Source: Vicugna vicugna (lineage: Eukaryota). Taken from it: a DNA stretch of 64,000 bases. Shown here piece by piece: positions 38,470 to 52,002 of this stretch. The DNA lies in NCBI GenBank assembly GCA_013265495.1, contig MU057640.1, forward strand, positions 443,303-507,302. The letters are read 5' to 3'. The notes below the pieces were generated by a model. It searched no databases. It had not been told where the DNA came from and saw nothing but the letters and a program-made list of their open reading frames with translations. Each line of letters starts with the position of its first letter. Positions within the stretch are counted from its first letter, which is position 1. The translations under genes and the position numbers were made by a program.

Positions 38470-38660
38470 AGTAACAACAGCTAGTATTTATTGATCACTC
38501 TCAGTGGGGTTATCTCCTCTGTTCTCAGTCATCTTATGAGGAGGGTCCTATTATCCCCATTTTACAGATGAGGAAAGTGAAACTCAGAGAAGTCAGCAGG
38601 TCAGTAAAAGAGGAGCTGGGACTTAAACCTGGCCTCCTAATGCCAGCGCCCAGCTCTTCA
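38470..38660 (-). mobile_element. MIR SINE
   Basis: tattatccccattttacagatgaggaaagtgaaactcagagaagt (MIR core). Confidence 0.75.
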
Positions 38661-41419
38661 CTGAAATCCTTTGCTGCCTGTCACATGGCATGGCATGCAT
38701 GGGGTGGGCATTCCTTACACGTTTACTGGCTAAATGAATGAATGGCTGTCACTCAAATGGGCCAGCAGCAGCTTTGTGAACTTCCATCCTAGGGTGGCAG
38801 GGTAGACTGAGGGGCTGCCAGAAAACCTAGCTGGACAGCAAGGAATTTACTCCTGCAGGTGCAAAGGCAGCATGGAGCTGGCTATCTCACTTAGCATCTT
38901 GTACCTGGACTTGTGGGCAGGCCCAACTAAATACTTGTTGAGTTTGCTGATGTCTTCTCTCCAGCAGAGCTCCAGGCACCCAGCAGGTGGTGGGGATGGT
39001 GATCTCTCAAGGTCTCCCTTCTCCTGGGGCTCCCCTCACCCCATCTTTCCAGGCTCCAAATGGCCCAGTGAGAGTGGGAGTTGCGTGTGGGCTTTTAATT
39101 TCTTTCCTTCTCCCTGAACGTGGATGAGAGATGGGGGAGAGTGATGATGGAGTTACACTCAGTGTGAAGCTGCAGGGGAGCCCATACGGCCTTTGCCCCC
39201 TTAGAAATTACCCACGTCCCTAATAGACTGGCAGCTTGCGTGGATTCTTCCTCCCTTTTGCTTTCTTTTATGTCTTGCTTTTGTGAGAGAGAAGAGAATT
39301 TACCACTGACGAGCCTCATGCCAGATAATGAATGGAAGGCAAGTGACCCCAGCTGCCTCTCCCTCTCCCGCCATCCCCAGGAATGTCTCGTCAGCCACAG
39401 TGGTCTCTGCCCAGCCGGCTCATATGGGGTGATGCTGCTTCCTTAAATTGCCTCTGTCTGACAGTTTTGGTTTCCTTCTTCTCCAAATCTCCCTCAAGCC
39501 ATGACTTCATTTACAGCACTGGTCAGAGCAAGGCAATTCTATTGATTTTCCTTCTTTTGTTCTCAGTTTCTCCGGATATGAATTGGGTTCAATCATGTTT
39601 GCCATTCTCCTGTCCTAGGGGAGGTTAACTTTTTGGTGTTTAAAGGGAAGGGTAGAGAGTGTTTTTGATTGGAATGAGAATATTCAAATTTCAGTAGTGC
39701 ACAGATATAAAACCCAGTTTTGTGTGTTCCAACATTTTTTTTTAAAAGAACATTTTCTGTTCTGGATGTTTTCCAAACATTCTGTAAAATACTGTGGGAG
39801 CCATTCACCTAGAGATGTCACATCAATGATTTAAGATGTGGAGGGACTTGGGGAGAGGAGGTTCAGGACAGCCCTGGAGATTTGGGCCCCATCTCAAGCT
39901 GGGTCACTGGAAATGGCCTCTGTTAATTGGAGCTTGTCCTGTCAGGACATATCAGACAGGGCCACCGCGACACCTGAGCTGTTGGGGGTGGAGTGGTCTA
40001 TTGGAGCAGGTGTCACTGCTGCTGGGTCCTGGGGGTGCTTTGTTACTCTGGGGAACGAGCCGACCAGCGGTCATGTGGACTGAGGTCAGGAGGCTGTGCT
40101 AAGCTGGTTTCTCCAGGAGCCCAGAAGCCAGGACCGAAGTGTGGACTATTTTGGGCTGTGTGGTGGTGGCAGAGCTGGCGTGTGTGTGTATGTGTCCTCA
40201 CGAGTGTGTGTCCTCCAGAAATCACTCCCAAGACTAAAAATGTGTTTTTTTTTTTTGCCACTGCCTTCCAAAAAAGAAAAAGAAAAGTCTTTAGTCCTTG
40301 AATTGTGTTAAGGGGGATTATACATTTTGGCTGCAGGGAGGAGGTGAGGAAGCATAGTCTGGCTCCAGATCCCACAGCAGGAAGCCTTCCTCCCTTTTTG
40401 TTGCCACCTGGTCCCTCCGCCTGCTCCTTCAGTTTCCTCATGACTGTCCCGGGCATAGGCATGGAGGCTCCGAGCCTGTGGGCGTGTTTTGCTCAAACGC
40501 TGGTGTGCGCCCAAGAACAAGCACACGGCTCCCTGCTGGCTCTGCTGGAAGGAGCCATAGGGGCATGTTCCAGTCCCTCCCGCTGGTCAGCGTTTGCTGT
40601 GGCCAAGTGATGCCACGCTCCTTGGACAAAGTGACTCCAGGCAGCATGGAACCCTCCGCTCCCTTCCCTAACCCACACCCCACACCACCCGGCTCCCTTC
40701 AGCTCAGTGTCCCTGAGCCTCCTGCCTGGGCTGGGTTCGAGTCTGTGGTCCTCCTGCAGAATGAAGGGCTGGGCTGTGAGGCCGCATGGACTAGAGGGAA
40801 ATTAAAGTCTGTTGGCTCGGGCTGACCTATATTCTCACCCCAACTCTACCACTTGGTAGTTTTGTGACTCTGGTTAATTTCCCTGTCCTGTCTGAGCTGC
40901 GGTTTCCTCATCTGCTAATATTAGAGTGAGTGTGTGCACATGGCAGCCGAGCTCTGTACCTGCATACCGTGGTGGCCCGACAAATGTGCGGTTCTGATTG
41001 CTGAAGCTGGGAAGTTGGTTTTGTTTGAGTTACTAGTGCACCATCTGCAGGGCCCCCCCAAAGCCGCCTGGGAGGAGCCTGAGTCCAGCAAAGGAGACCC
41101 CCGTCCTGGACCCTATAACCTCTGTTTTCATGTTAGTCCCAGGCAGACAGCTTGTTGGGGTCCTGGCAGGTCTGCCCTGGAGCAGCCCGGTCCCCCCAGT
41201 ATTGCCTCAGTGGTTGCCAAAGGGCAGAGGTTGCCAGGAAAGTCTTCCAGCCAGCAAGTCAACATTTATTTATAGGTCTTGGAGGGAGATGGCCTCCGGG
41301 CCATGAGGAAGGGCCTGGCAGAGGCAGCTGCAATGAGCGGGGGCAGGGGACGGGGCAGGGAACGGAGCAGTGCCTGTGATGGGGGCACTGGTGGAGGCAC
41401 AGAGGCCAGGTGGAGTTTG

Positions 41420-41850
41420 TGTGTTGGAGACTCAGGGTTCTAGCAGAAAGCAGCCAGTTCACCCAGAGGGAACGAGGAGTGTTTAATAAGATGGCTATTT
41501 ATAAAAGTGTGTGCAGGGAAACATACAAGGGGATGGCTCGACACCCTGGGGCAAGGTCAGGGGAGATGGGAAGGTTACTGGGATTGCAGAGGGTAGCTGT
41601 GTGGAGATGACTGCCCTGTAAGAGCTGTGACCTTCAGTAGAAGATGCAGCCCCCTACTCCCCACAACGACCCAGCAAGGAGGTGGCTGGGGGAATAAATA
41701 CCCTGTCTCACTCTCTTCCTTCTCTCTGATCTGTTGGCACCTGCTGCTGGCCCAGGCCACCAGAAGCAGAGGGAAGGGAGCAAGTGGCTGACCGGACAGG
41801 CCTCCTAGGGGACTCAGCAGGGAGAGAGAACCCTGAAGGGCCAATGGAGG
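41420..41850 (-). mobile_element. ERVL LTR (LTR16-like)
   Basis: ctctctgatctgttggcacctgctgctggcc...ccagaagcagagggaagggagc...gcctcctaggggactcagcaggg resembles the LTR16 reverse complement. Confidence 0.55.
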
Positions 41851-42139
41851 AGACTCGTGAAGGAAGAGAGACTGGAGACCGAATTCATCCTATATCTCTG
41901 TGGTCTCGGGTGAGTGTGTAACCTCTCTGAGCCTCAGTTCCTCCTCTGGAAGATGGGAATGATAAAGATGTCCTGTCTCATTGTGGAGTGCAGTGAAATA
42001 CTAAGCACTTAGCTGTGTTCCTGGTGCAGTGTAAAGGCTCCATGAATAAAGCTCGAGCAGATTGGGCATCTGCATGGAAGTGTCCAGCTGAGCGGCCAGG
42101 TACTGTGTAAGGCCCGGTGGGCTAACGTTTACCCAGTGT

Positions 42140-42440
42140 CTATTTATCGAGTACTTCTGTGCCAGGTACCCAGTCTTAGGTGCTAGGAATACAGGGGTGA
42201 ACAAAACCCACCAGTCTTTCTCCCAGGGAGCTTGCATGTCTAGTTGGGGGAAGACAAGCAGTAAGTAAAGATAGATCAAATAATTTTTGATAGTTGGCAA
42301 GGTCCTAAAAAGACCATAACCAGAGTGATAGGTTAAGCATGAATGCTGTGGATCAGAAGTTGTGGGAAGGCCTCTCAGAAGGTGGGGTGAGTGGAGAAAG
42401 AAGGGCAGAGCAAACGTCCCGAGCCAGAAGGAGGGTGGTT
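42140..42440 (-). mobile_element. L2 3' fragment
   Basis: tatttatcgagtacttctgtgccagg...taggtgctaggaatacaggggtgaacaaaac...cccagggagcttgcatgtctagttgggg. Confidence 0.65.
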
Positions 42441-42689
42441 TTTTGGGGGCAGAGAGGCGACTAGGGGAGTGGAACATGGGGCTGAAAATGGCATTTTCCT
42501 CTAGGCTGGACAGGAGGACTGGCCCCCGGACATGTGCAGTGACCATTAGCTGTTGGCTGTTTTTACTATCACTTTAGTAAAAATTAATATTTTAGAAAGG
42601 GTGGCATAAGTAAGTGGGCAGGTACAATATAAAATGTTCCAATGGACCAGCAACCATCTACTGTCAAGGTGGTATAGGGTGGGGAGTGG

Positions 42690-42884
42690 TGAAGAGTGTG
42701 GACTTTGAGGCAGATGGCCTGTTCACATCCTGACTCAGCGCACTCTCCAGGTGACCTTGGGCTGATGACTTGAGGTGTCTGAGCCCCCGTGTCCTCATCT
42801 GTATGATGAGAGATAGGGTGAGCATCTCTCTCATGGGGCAGTTGTGAAGATGAACCTGTATCTAAAGCACTTAGAAAGTGCCTG
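42690..42884 (+). mobile_element. MIR SINE
   Basis: gtgaagagtgtggactttgagg...gtgaccttgggc...tcctcatctgta...taaagcacttagaaagtgcctgg. Confidence 0.7.
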
Positions 42885-42982
42885 GGAGGGGGAAAGGGGT
42901 GGCAGAGCTCAGTGGGAGAATGCATGCTTAGCATGCACGAGGTCCTGTGTTCAATCCCCAGTACCTCCATTAAAAAAAAAAA
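42885..42982 (+). mobile_element. Camelid tRNA-derived SINE (short form)
   Basis: agctcagtgggagaatgcatgcttagcatgcacgaggtcctgtgttcaatccccagtacctccatt followed by poly-A. Confidence 0.88.
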
Positions 42983-45500
42983 GCAGCTGATATATCCAAC
43001 AGCCTGCTTAAAAAAAGAAAAAAGCTATCGCTAAGGATCAGGAGCAGAGGCAGAGCCGGCTCAAGGGGACGTGGCCCGAGGACTCTGCTCTCAAGCTCAC
43101 AGTCGGGGTTGGGATGTGTGTTTAAACAGATCCCAGCCACCCAAGGCAGCACACTACGGTCCCTGAATAAGTGGCCAGACCATTACTCAGGGGAGGCATC
43201 ATCAGAGGGCTGGCGTGGCCACAGGAAAGCTTTAAGGAGGGATATGAAGACAAAAAAAGTAGTGTTAATACTTAATCTGGTGGCATCAGTCAGGTGAAGA
43301 CAGAAGTAATCAAATCAGTCCGCCCTGAAGCACTCACTGCTTCTGCTTTCCTGTGCAGCCTCCTACCCCAGGCCTGGCCTCCATTTACCTGTCGTGTCTG
43401 TCAATACAGGACAGCCCTCCAGCTCCCCTTGGTCAGGTCCAGGGAGCCCTTACATCTGCTGGAAGGTGTTGAGACTCTTCTCTCAACTTCCCCCAGGCCA
43501 GAGAGGCAAGGAAAGGTTAGAGGTCAGAGGACAGGCGGTGGGGAGCTAGGAGGACCAGGTAGAGGGTGGAGGGCAGTGAGGATGGAATTAACCAGAACCC
43601 TGTGTGTCTGGCAAGTGGCAGATTCTTCTGGTAAGATAAGTGGAACCCTCTGCAAGGTAATTATTAGAGAGCATAAATTCCCCAGATAACCTGTCCTCCG
43701 GAGAGATATTGATGGCTGTGGGGCAGGCATGTGCTGGAGGCTGCTCCCTGTCCACAGTATTGACTCCTGTCCCGAGCCTCCTCCTCCCCCTCTTCTTCCT
43801 CCTTTGTTGCCTTTCCTCTAATCAGCTGCCCTGCCCACTCCTCCTCCCCCACAGACCTTGCCTCCAGCTCAGGTTGGCTCTTCTGGACCTTTCTTTTCAC
43901 TTCATCTCAGTTGTCTTAATGACTTTGTTCTCAGCAGGATTGGTGGAAGAGGTGCAGCCCCTGTGGGGAGAAGTTTCTAAGAGAAGGAGGCTCTGAGCTT
44001 TACTGGGGTCCAGGTCCCCAGAACGAGCACTTACCAAGTGCTATCAAGTCAGTGTCGGGCTCTGTGAAGGGCCAGGGCCATACCTAGTCCTGGGGATTGT
44101 AGATCAGGTGCGTAGCACGGGCAGGCAGGTGGTGAGTACCTGCTGGTACATCTCTCTGCTCTTACAGTACTTTCTGAAGCTCTCTTTTCTCTCCAGGGCC
44201 TCCTAGGCTTTGACTAATATTCTCTAAATATTTGTTTAGCAAATATAAGAAGAGGCAAAGGGCTGGTTGAGGGGTAACCAGAGAAGCAGGGCCCCTGGAG
44301 GCAGCCTTGTCCCAAACAATTCAGTTCTGGCCTGAGACTTGCACCCCAACTCTTGACAAAACTGGCGCTGTCTTTCTTAGAAGCCTGTTTCCTGCCATCA
44401 CTGACTGTGTTCTGAGTGAGAGGACCTCACAGCTCTCTGACCTCAAACAGCTTATCAATAGGGTGACCTGATTGTTTATCAGCCAAGCAAAGACGCTTTT
44501 GAGAGGGAAAGCGGGAGTTATTAACAGTTATGCCAGGACCTCGATGGGAACCCGGACTGTTCCACACAAACCAGGTCCTACTTCTTGAAATTCTCTGCCT
44601 GAGATAATGCCGGTACATAGAAGCCTCTCCACCTTTCTACATGCCTGGTGGTGCTTCAGTATGACTTAGAGGGTGGGCCTGGGTGCTTCCTGGCTGGCCT
44701 GCCTTGTCCCTTAATTTGGCTCTGCGCATATTCCATCACCTGGAATATGTCAGAATGATTCTCTCCATTTGACAGAGAGGTTGAGAGACTCGTGTACCCA
44801 CAGTGACTAAGTTCCAACTTCGACCTGGAACTGAGGTCGAAGCCTATCAGGGGCCAAGCCCCATCTCTCTGTTCCATGAGATGGAATGTCCTCACCGAAA
44901 CAATAAAGGGCTGGGATGCTTCTGTCAGCCTTGTGCAGCTCCTGCTCACTTTCTGGAAAAGAGAGCGATGCATGAGCAAGGCAGGGAGGCACTGGAGGCA
45001 GAAGAAGCCTTAAACGGAAACTCTGCTGTTCCTGGTTTTTCCTGACGACTTTGCTCGGAGTCCGAGGGACAAGAGGTTTTGACATCTCCATTTTGACAGA
45101 GAGCACCCCAGGGAGGGCACTGCTCTCAATTTTCCATAGCCTCAGCAGCAGTCTTTAGCTCATTGGAAGTAAATGAAGTCTGTGTGACTCGATAGAGCAT
45201 TGTTTTGCCCATTGGCCGAAAGTGCTTCCTAAATGAAAAAGGGCTTTCCAGGGAGGCTAGATAAAAAATTTCAGTGATGAGTGTTGCTTGCTGTGGTTAA
45301 TGATAATTATTAAATAGGTAAGGTGAACTAGTGCTTGTTTTCCTTATTATTAACTGTACTTACGGATTTTTATCAAGTTGTACCCAGCTGGGATAATTGT
45401 AAACTATCTGCTTACGCCATGTGGCTCCCGGCCGTCTCATTCTATTTTCTTTCGTTCTGAAGTTGGGGTCTTTTCACTATTCGAGGCTTGTGCTATAAAC

Positions 45501-45724
45501 CAGGGGTCGGCAAACTTTTTCTGTAAAGATCCAGGAGGTAAATATTTTAGGCTTTGCAGGTCGTGTGGTCTCTGTTGGAAGCACGCTGTTCTACTGCGGT
45601 GGCAAGAAAGTGACTCTGGACAATGCGTAAACAAATGGGTGGGACTGCCTGCCAATAAAACTTTATTTACAGAAATTCATGGCAGGCCAGATTTGGCCCA
45701 GGGACTGTACGTTTGCAAACCCTG
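45501..45724. mobile_element. MER58A hAT-Charlie DNA transposon
   Basis: caggggtcggcaaactttttctgtaaag...aaatattttaggctttgcagg...ccaataaaactttatttaca...gtttgcaaaccctg (TIRs). Confidence 0.88.
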
Positions 45725-46289
45725 GCAGTAAACGGTGGAGAAATCCCTGAACTAGGAACCTGGACACTGAGGATCTAATCTCAGCCCTGCCCCTGTGTGA
45801 CTGAAGTCACTTCCCCTCTCTGGCTATTGATTTTCCTTGCAGTACAACCAAGGCATCAGACCTGACAATCTCTAACACTCTGAGATTCTTAAATCTGCCT
45901 CTAGTTTATCATATTTTGTCATTTTTCTTTTCCTCCCTTGAGTAGATGCTCAGAACCATGGAGTCCATCACCACTCGTTTACCTTCGGGATGGATTTGGT
46001 TTCTAAACCACATAATAACATTTTGTATGTCTCTGAGGGCATCTTCTCAGGCAGCACTATAACCAACCTACTTCTTGAGTTACTGAGAGGTGATTCTGTG
46101 ACAAGGAAGTTTATCTCTGGACTGTTTGGCAATTTGGGAAACTGAGGCCCCCAAAAGAGAAATAGCTGAGATTATGCAGCAAATAGGTGATGCTCTTAGA
46201 GAAACCAGGTACCTCCTCAAAAAAGAAGTGTTGTCCAAGTCATTCTAGCTCTGGAGGCTCAACTTACTGTGAAGGGGCAGTTTTGTCCC

Positions 46290-46530
46290 TGTGGGAGGCT
46301 GGTGGTATAGCGGCCAAGAGCAGGGTTCTAGTCCGAAATTGCCTGGGTCTATATCTTCAGAATGCCACTTAAAACTCTAGGCACATCACTTAAAACCCCC
46401 TGTGTCTTGGTTTCCTAATCTGTGAAATAGGAAGAAATCATAGGATGGGGTTGTCATGAGGATGAAATGAGATTATACATATAAAGTGCTTAGAACAGTG
46501 CCTGCACACACAGTACGTGCTCAATACATG
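46290..46530 (+). mobile_element. MIR SINE
   Basis: gtttcctaatctgtgaaatagg...gaggatgaaatgagat...aaagtgcttagaacagtgcctgc. Confidence 0.7.
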
Positions 46531-47929
46531 GTATCTGTGCCATTGCTGTTTGTATGAGCATTATCATCTTGTCATCCTTCTGTGAATATGTTGAGAATGT
46601 CTTGTCCTCATCTTTATACTGGACTCATTTTCAGCTTTTAGGTTGGAGACGTGGGCTGGGTGCTTTTCTCCTGTCCTAAATGTTAAGTGAGTTTTGATGA
46701 GGTGGAAAGACTGGGAGAGGAAGAGGGGGAGCAAGGGGAGAAGACAGTAGGGAAAGGGAGGGAAGGAAGGAAGGAAGAAGGGAGACTTGGCAAAATAGGT
46801 CCATGAGGAAAGGATGACCAGGTTCTAAATCCAGTCTTGTTTCCTAGTAGTTGTTGGGGTGGGAAGGAAACTAGACTTCCCTTAAGCAGATTGGAGGTCG
46901 GTATCCTTTGTCAGTATCCTGGGAGGTTATGAGGGCAGATTTAGATATTTCTAGAGTGCACTCATCTTTCAGTTTTGGTCTTGGTTTTTTGCAGGATATT
47001 TCTATCTTTTCCACCAGAGGACTTAAATGTGGGGACATGATCAGCCTCTTGGTTAGCCTGGCTTTGTTCTGTCCTTATTAAAAGGTTTATGAGCACGTGC
47101 CTCAAAAAACAGCAGGCCCGAGACAGTTTTCCCTGGGGGCTGCCAAGAGAAATTGGGGTGACTCTCAACCTTGTGGCATGTTAAATGAAACTCAGTGCTT
47201 CTTTGTTCGGCTTGATGTCCCTTAGAAGGACGGCCTGGAGATCATTTGGTCTGCAGGGCGTTTGCTTCTGCAGGCTGATCTTAACCAACTCTGACAGGAG
47301 GGCAGAGGCCCCCAAGCGAGGTCAAGACCACAAATCCCATCCCAGCAGGTGCATGATGGGGAGACAGCGCCCTCCAGATGACCTTCAAGTTCCCATTGAT
47401 TTCCCGTCAAGCAGTGCTTCCCCACCCCCCTGCTGCTCCTGCCCCTGCCACTACCCGTGGGCTCGGGGCTCTGGAAGAGGACATGGATCAGCTCTCTGAG
47501 AAAGAACATGCAGAGGAGGTTAATTCAGACAGAGGCCCTTTCAGGGAAGGGGAGTAAGTTACGTTGGGGACCGTCTTCTGGCAACTGCTGGCTTACAGTG
47601 CCAGTATCAGTCCTAGAATGTCCCTTCTGGGTATAGAAGGGGGTGGCTGATGTCACGAATGGCATCATTTATCCACTTCGTCCCACTTCTCTCCAGGTTT
47701 TGGGGCATGCGGGTAGCATTATGGTGTCATGAGCAAGATTTAAGTCTGGACGGTAGACTGGGTCCCTAACCCACTGCCACGTGCGTGTTGGGAGGATCAG
47801 AAGTGAGAAGGTGGTGGTATGATTCTCATTGTTCGTGCCGGGGGCCTCTCCCTAGTGCTGACCTCCTCACCTTCTGGAATGCCGGCTTCCATACCTTCTA
47901 AACTCACTGCTGCAGACCCACCCAGATCT

Positions 47930-48500
47930 TTCATTTATTTGTCCAGTGTTATCTACTGAGCATTTCTCATGTGCCAAGTCCTGTGTTTGGTACAGGGGAA
48001 TCCAATCATAGACAGATAAACTTGCCCAGAGTTCACAATTTTGTTATGTAGAGATGATCAGCAGGCCAAGAGAAAACAGAAAAACTTTTTGGTAGTAGTA
48101 AATATTATTAAAAAATAGAATATGAGATAGTAAGGGATAGAGTAGGGTGGACTGGATTTCTTTGATGAGAAGCCAGTCATGAGAAGATGTGGGAGAAATG
48201 TATACCAGGAAGCAGGAATAGCATGTGTAAAGGTCCTGAGGTGAGAGGGTTTTGGTTAATTAAAGGGACAGAAAGAAGTTGCAGTGAGGATGGAGTGCAG
48301 TAAGCAAGGGGTGCAGGTGACAAGATGAAGTAGGAAAAGTGGGCATAGCCAGGTAGTCTGGGGGCCTGTAGCCATGGGAAGGAGTTCAGATTATATTCTG
48401 ATTGCAGTGAAAGCCATTGGAGGGGTTTAAGGAGGAGAATGTTGTGATCTGCTTTCCATTTTAAAAAGATCACTTGGACTGCTACACTGGGAATCGACTA
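47930..48500 (-). mobile_element. L2 fragment
   Basis: gcaggaatagcatgtgtaaaggtcctgaggtg...aagccattggaggggtttaag...tttaaaaagatcacttggactgct. Confidence 0.75.
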
Positions 48501-49689
48501 CAGAGGATGTGTTCTTCGTGGCTGTGTTTTAAATGCCAGACCAGTATTCCCGTTACTTCGGAGGGCAGCACTGAGGCTCTTGGATTCCAGCAGCAAAGAT
48601 GGGATCTGAGGATGTGTTTGTCCAAGAATTGTCTCTAATCCACGAACTGCTTCTCCTGGCAGTCACACTCAGGGGACAGCATACTGGTGCCTAGCACGTA
48701 GCTGGGGTTTCAGAAAGGATTCAGTCCATGAACCGGGGAAACTAAAAATACTTTCTCAGTCAATGAAGTTTCTGTGATGGCTGTGTGATCTCTTTCGAGG
48801 TATGCTTTACCCTAGATAAAGCAGTCTTTTTTTTTTCTTTTTTCTTTTTTTCACTTTGGAAAGTTGGTTGCATACTACACATTCTTTAGCCTCCAGAGGA
48901 GAGATTTATTTTGTCATGTCTGGATGCCATTTGAAAGGCAAACCTTGGATACAAGAAAAGCTACAGTTTTCTTCCTCCCCAGAGCATCCCCCTTTCCTGA
49001 CACCACCCCCTCATTCTCCCATTATTTAGTGGAAGGACTCACACACTGCTTTTCTCCTGCCTGCAGTCTCCTGTCCTTGGCAGCCCCTTGACTTCAACCC
49101 CGAGTTGCGTATGTCATCAGAGCACCCTGTGGCAGCTCAGAAATCATGGCCGGGTTCAATATAAATTCCGTCTTGCTTAGGCAGCTTTGCATAATAAGTC
49201 CCTGAAAAGTCTTCACCAGAGTAGAGGCCGGAAAAGGGATTTATTGGGTCTTGCAGGTCTGAACATCAGACTGAGTGGCATTTCAAGTCATGATGGGAGT
49301 TTTCGGGTTCATATTCTTCATCTGATTTAGCTTTTGCAGGGTGACACTCTTGTCCCCAAGGTGCCTTTCCTGTGATGTTAGGAAGGTCAGGGTTGACTCC
49401 AGAGTGACTACTCTAAGGATGTCAGAATCTCATACCATAGCCTTGATCAGGCCTTGTGGATGTTTTGTGAGAAATGAGGACTTCTGTGAGACTCGTCTGC
49501 CACAGGTATGTGCTGCCAGGTTAATCTATGCCAGCTGCCTGAAAAAAATTTTCCCCCAGGAGCAAAACAAGCTGAGTTCAAGTCCATGAACCGAGCTTTG
49601 CTGCTCTGCTGTTAAAACATGGCAGAAGAGCACCACAGGGCTCTCTCGTTCTTGCCCTTGCCTCAGAGGTTGGGGGAGCTATCCTTCAA

Positions 49690-49857
49690 TCAGCGAGTCT
49701 CATGTTTCTCACAATCACTGGGGGAACCTGTCAGAAATCCAGATGTGTGGATCACATGCAAACCTCCAGAATCAGAATTTCGCATTGGCACCCCACCCTC
49801 TCCACCCTCCCCTCCCACATTGATTCTGACACAATCTGAAGTTTGAGAGCCACTGCC
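49690..49857. mobile_element. MER5-like hAT fragment
   Basis: aatcactgggggaacctgtcagaaatccagat...gaatcagaat...tgattctga...aagtttgagagccactg. Confidence 0.55.
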
Positions 49858-52002
49858 TTAGTTCGTTCTCCTGGAAGGTGGGGTTATGGCATCTTTGATA
49901 AGCACAAAAGGGGTGTTTCCTGCATCAGCCGAAGAGGGAAATGTCTTTCTGGGGTGGTCTGATGATAGCACAGCACAGTATTCAATGAGCTCAGAGAAGA
50001 AGAGTATTAGTTCTGCATCTTGGAGTGAATCCTGTAGATGGAGAAATACATTCTCAAGAGCAAAAGCAACCTTTTTTAAGATGGTGGGGAGAGTTCAGTA
50101 GGATCTGAACGTACAGGATACCTGTTTTCAGATGCCTCGTCTTGTACTCTGGAGAAACCACATTACTTCAGGCTCACCTCATTTCCATCTGGAGAAAGAG
50201 TGTCCCAGCATCTCTCACCTTGAAGCTTCCCCGAGTTTGCTAAGGATGGCGGGACATTTCAATCAAGCAATCTGTATTTAACACATGCTTCTGCATTCCC
50301 AGCACTGTGCTTGGTGGGGCAGCACGGAAGTGTATAACTCTTAGTCCCTGTCTTCAAGGTACTTAAGATCTAGCTGGGTGGGGTGAGAGAAGGAGGGTGG
50401 GAGAGACTGGCCAAACATGAGTGAGAAAAGTAGGGAGCTCGGAGAGGCAGAGTGCAAGCACTGTTGGAAGGAATAACTGGGGGAGCTTCCTGGAAGAGGC
50501 AGGACTTCAGCCAGCCCTTGAGCAGTGTTAGGTCAGCCAGGCCAAGGACAGGAGGCGAGAATTCCGGGTAGGAGGGAGGACCTGAGTAAGGTATTTTGTT
50601 GGAGTCCAGGGTAGGGCTGCCTGCTTCATAAATGCAGGAAGGTCAGATGAGGATTCATTCATTCATTCATTTTATCATTCATTCATCATTCAGCCAACAC
50701 AGCAAGCTCTCTGCTGGGCTTGGGGATAGCAGAAAACAAGCCTGATGTGGTCTCTGCATTGGGGCAGGCTTCCGACTGCTGAGGTCATCAAGCAACATCC
50801 ACTCTCCTCTCTTTGATGCCTGAGATTTGGCCTCACCACCCCACTGCCTAATGTCTTGGGGCGGAGGTTTGTGTGGGCACTTGACAGCCTCATAGACACT
50901 GCAGTAGTGAGTGTTGTGAGTCACACGGAGGAGATAAGCCTGCTCAGGCAGAGGGTCATGTCACAAAGTGGCAGAAAATAGAGGTCTCTGTGGGTAGGAG
51001 AAATGAACCACCATTAATATGGACATTTACCTCCGTGCACCAGTGGTTCTGTCATTTCCTTCTCTCTCAGACCTGAAGTAGGAGCTATGTTACCTGTATT
51101 GTGGGAAGTAGATTTTAGGCTCAGGGAGGGTAAGTGACTTGCCCCAGGCTTGTGTAGACAGTAAACAGTGGAGCTGGACTCAGAGTTGCCAGATTCTAAG
51201 TCTCTGTTCTACCCAAATATCAAGGCTCTCCAAGGGCCCTGACAGCTCACTGGAGGAATTTGGGCACCAGTGGGAGCCATCCTGGCTTCTGTGCTGAGGA
51301 GTGCAAGACTGAAAGCTGGGTTCAAGGGAGGTTTCTTTTTGGCAGCTGGACAGAAGTAGAGTTATAGCGATTGCAGTCCACAGAGATTGTAATAACTAGG
51401 GGCTGGGGGATGTGGACTCAATGACAGTGCCTGCAAATATTCTCTCAGATCCTTTTTAAAGTTGCAAGTAGACAGTCATGCAGTCTAAATCACCGACAAT
51501 ATGTGCAACAGACTCAGAAGACCGTGCACACACATGCAGCATAGGTCTCACTGCTCTAACATAAACACCTACCACAAATGAGTGGTGTATGAGCTGTTGA
51601 AAGCAATTCAGCAAGGACTTATTGGGCACCTGCTATGTGCTGGGTTCTGTGCTAGATGCAGCGAGTGAATTGGTTAAAAGTCCAGGTGTGCAGAGCTGCT
51701 GGGTTACAGTGCTCCAGGGAGTACCATTCACACTGAAGTTTTTGTGAATGGTGCCTCCTGGTGTGGCTTAGTGCAAAATCTGAGTGGCTGTGTGCAGGGG
51801 CCCTGCAGCTGTGGTTCCTGCCCTCGTGGAGTTTAGAGTCTAGTGGAGAAGACAAATATTAAACATTGCATTGAGTTGAAAGTGACATTATTAATATTAT
51901 TATTATTGTTTTTGTTGGAAGAGGACAGAATGAGGGAGGAAGGGAATGGACTCCCTCTTACCCATGCTCTACAGCTCTTCCTACTTTAAATATCAGAAAC
52001 AC

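Noticed and set aside
42001..42546. 181-aa minus-strand ORF
   Set aside because: It overlaps L2/MIR remnants and shows no protein family resemblance.
42895..42970. tRNA-like sequence with A and B boxes (also at 14820, 22760, 30680, 55810)
   Set aside because: These are SINE heads with A-rich tails, some with TSDs, not tRNA genes.
46833..46877. 12/13-bp inverted repeat agtcttgtttcct / aggaaactagact
   Set aside because: It is imperfect, has a long loop and sits in MIR-like sequence; compatible with chance.
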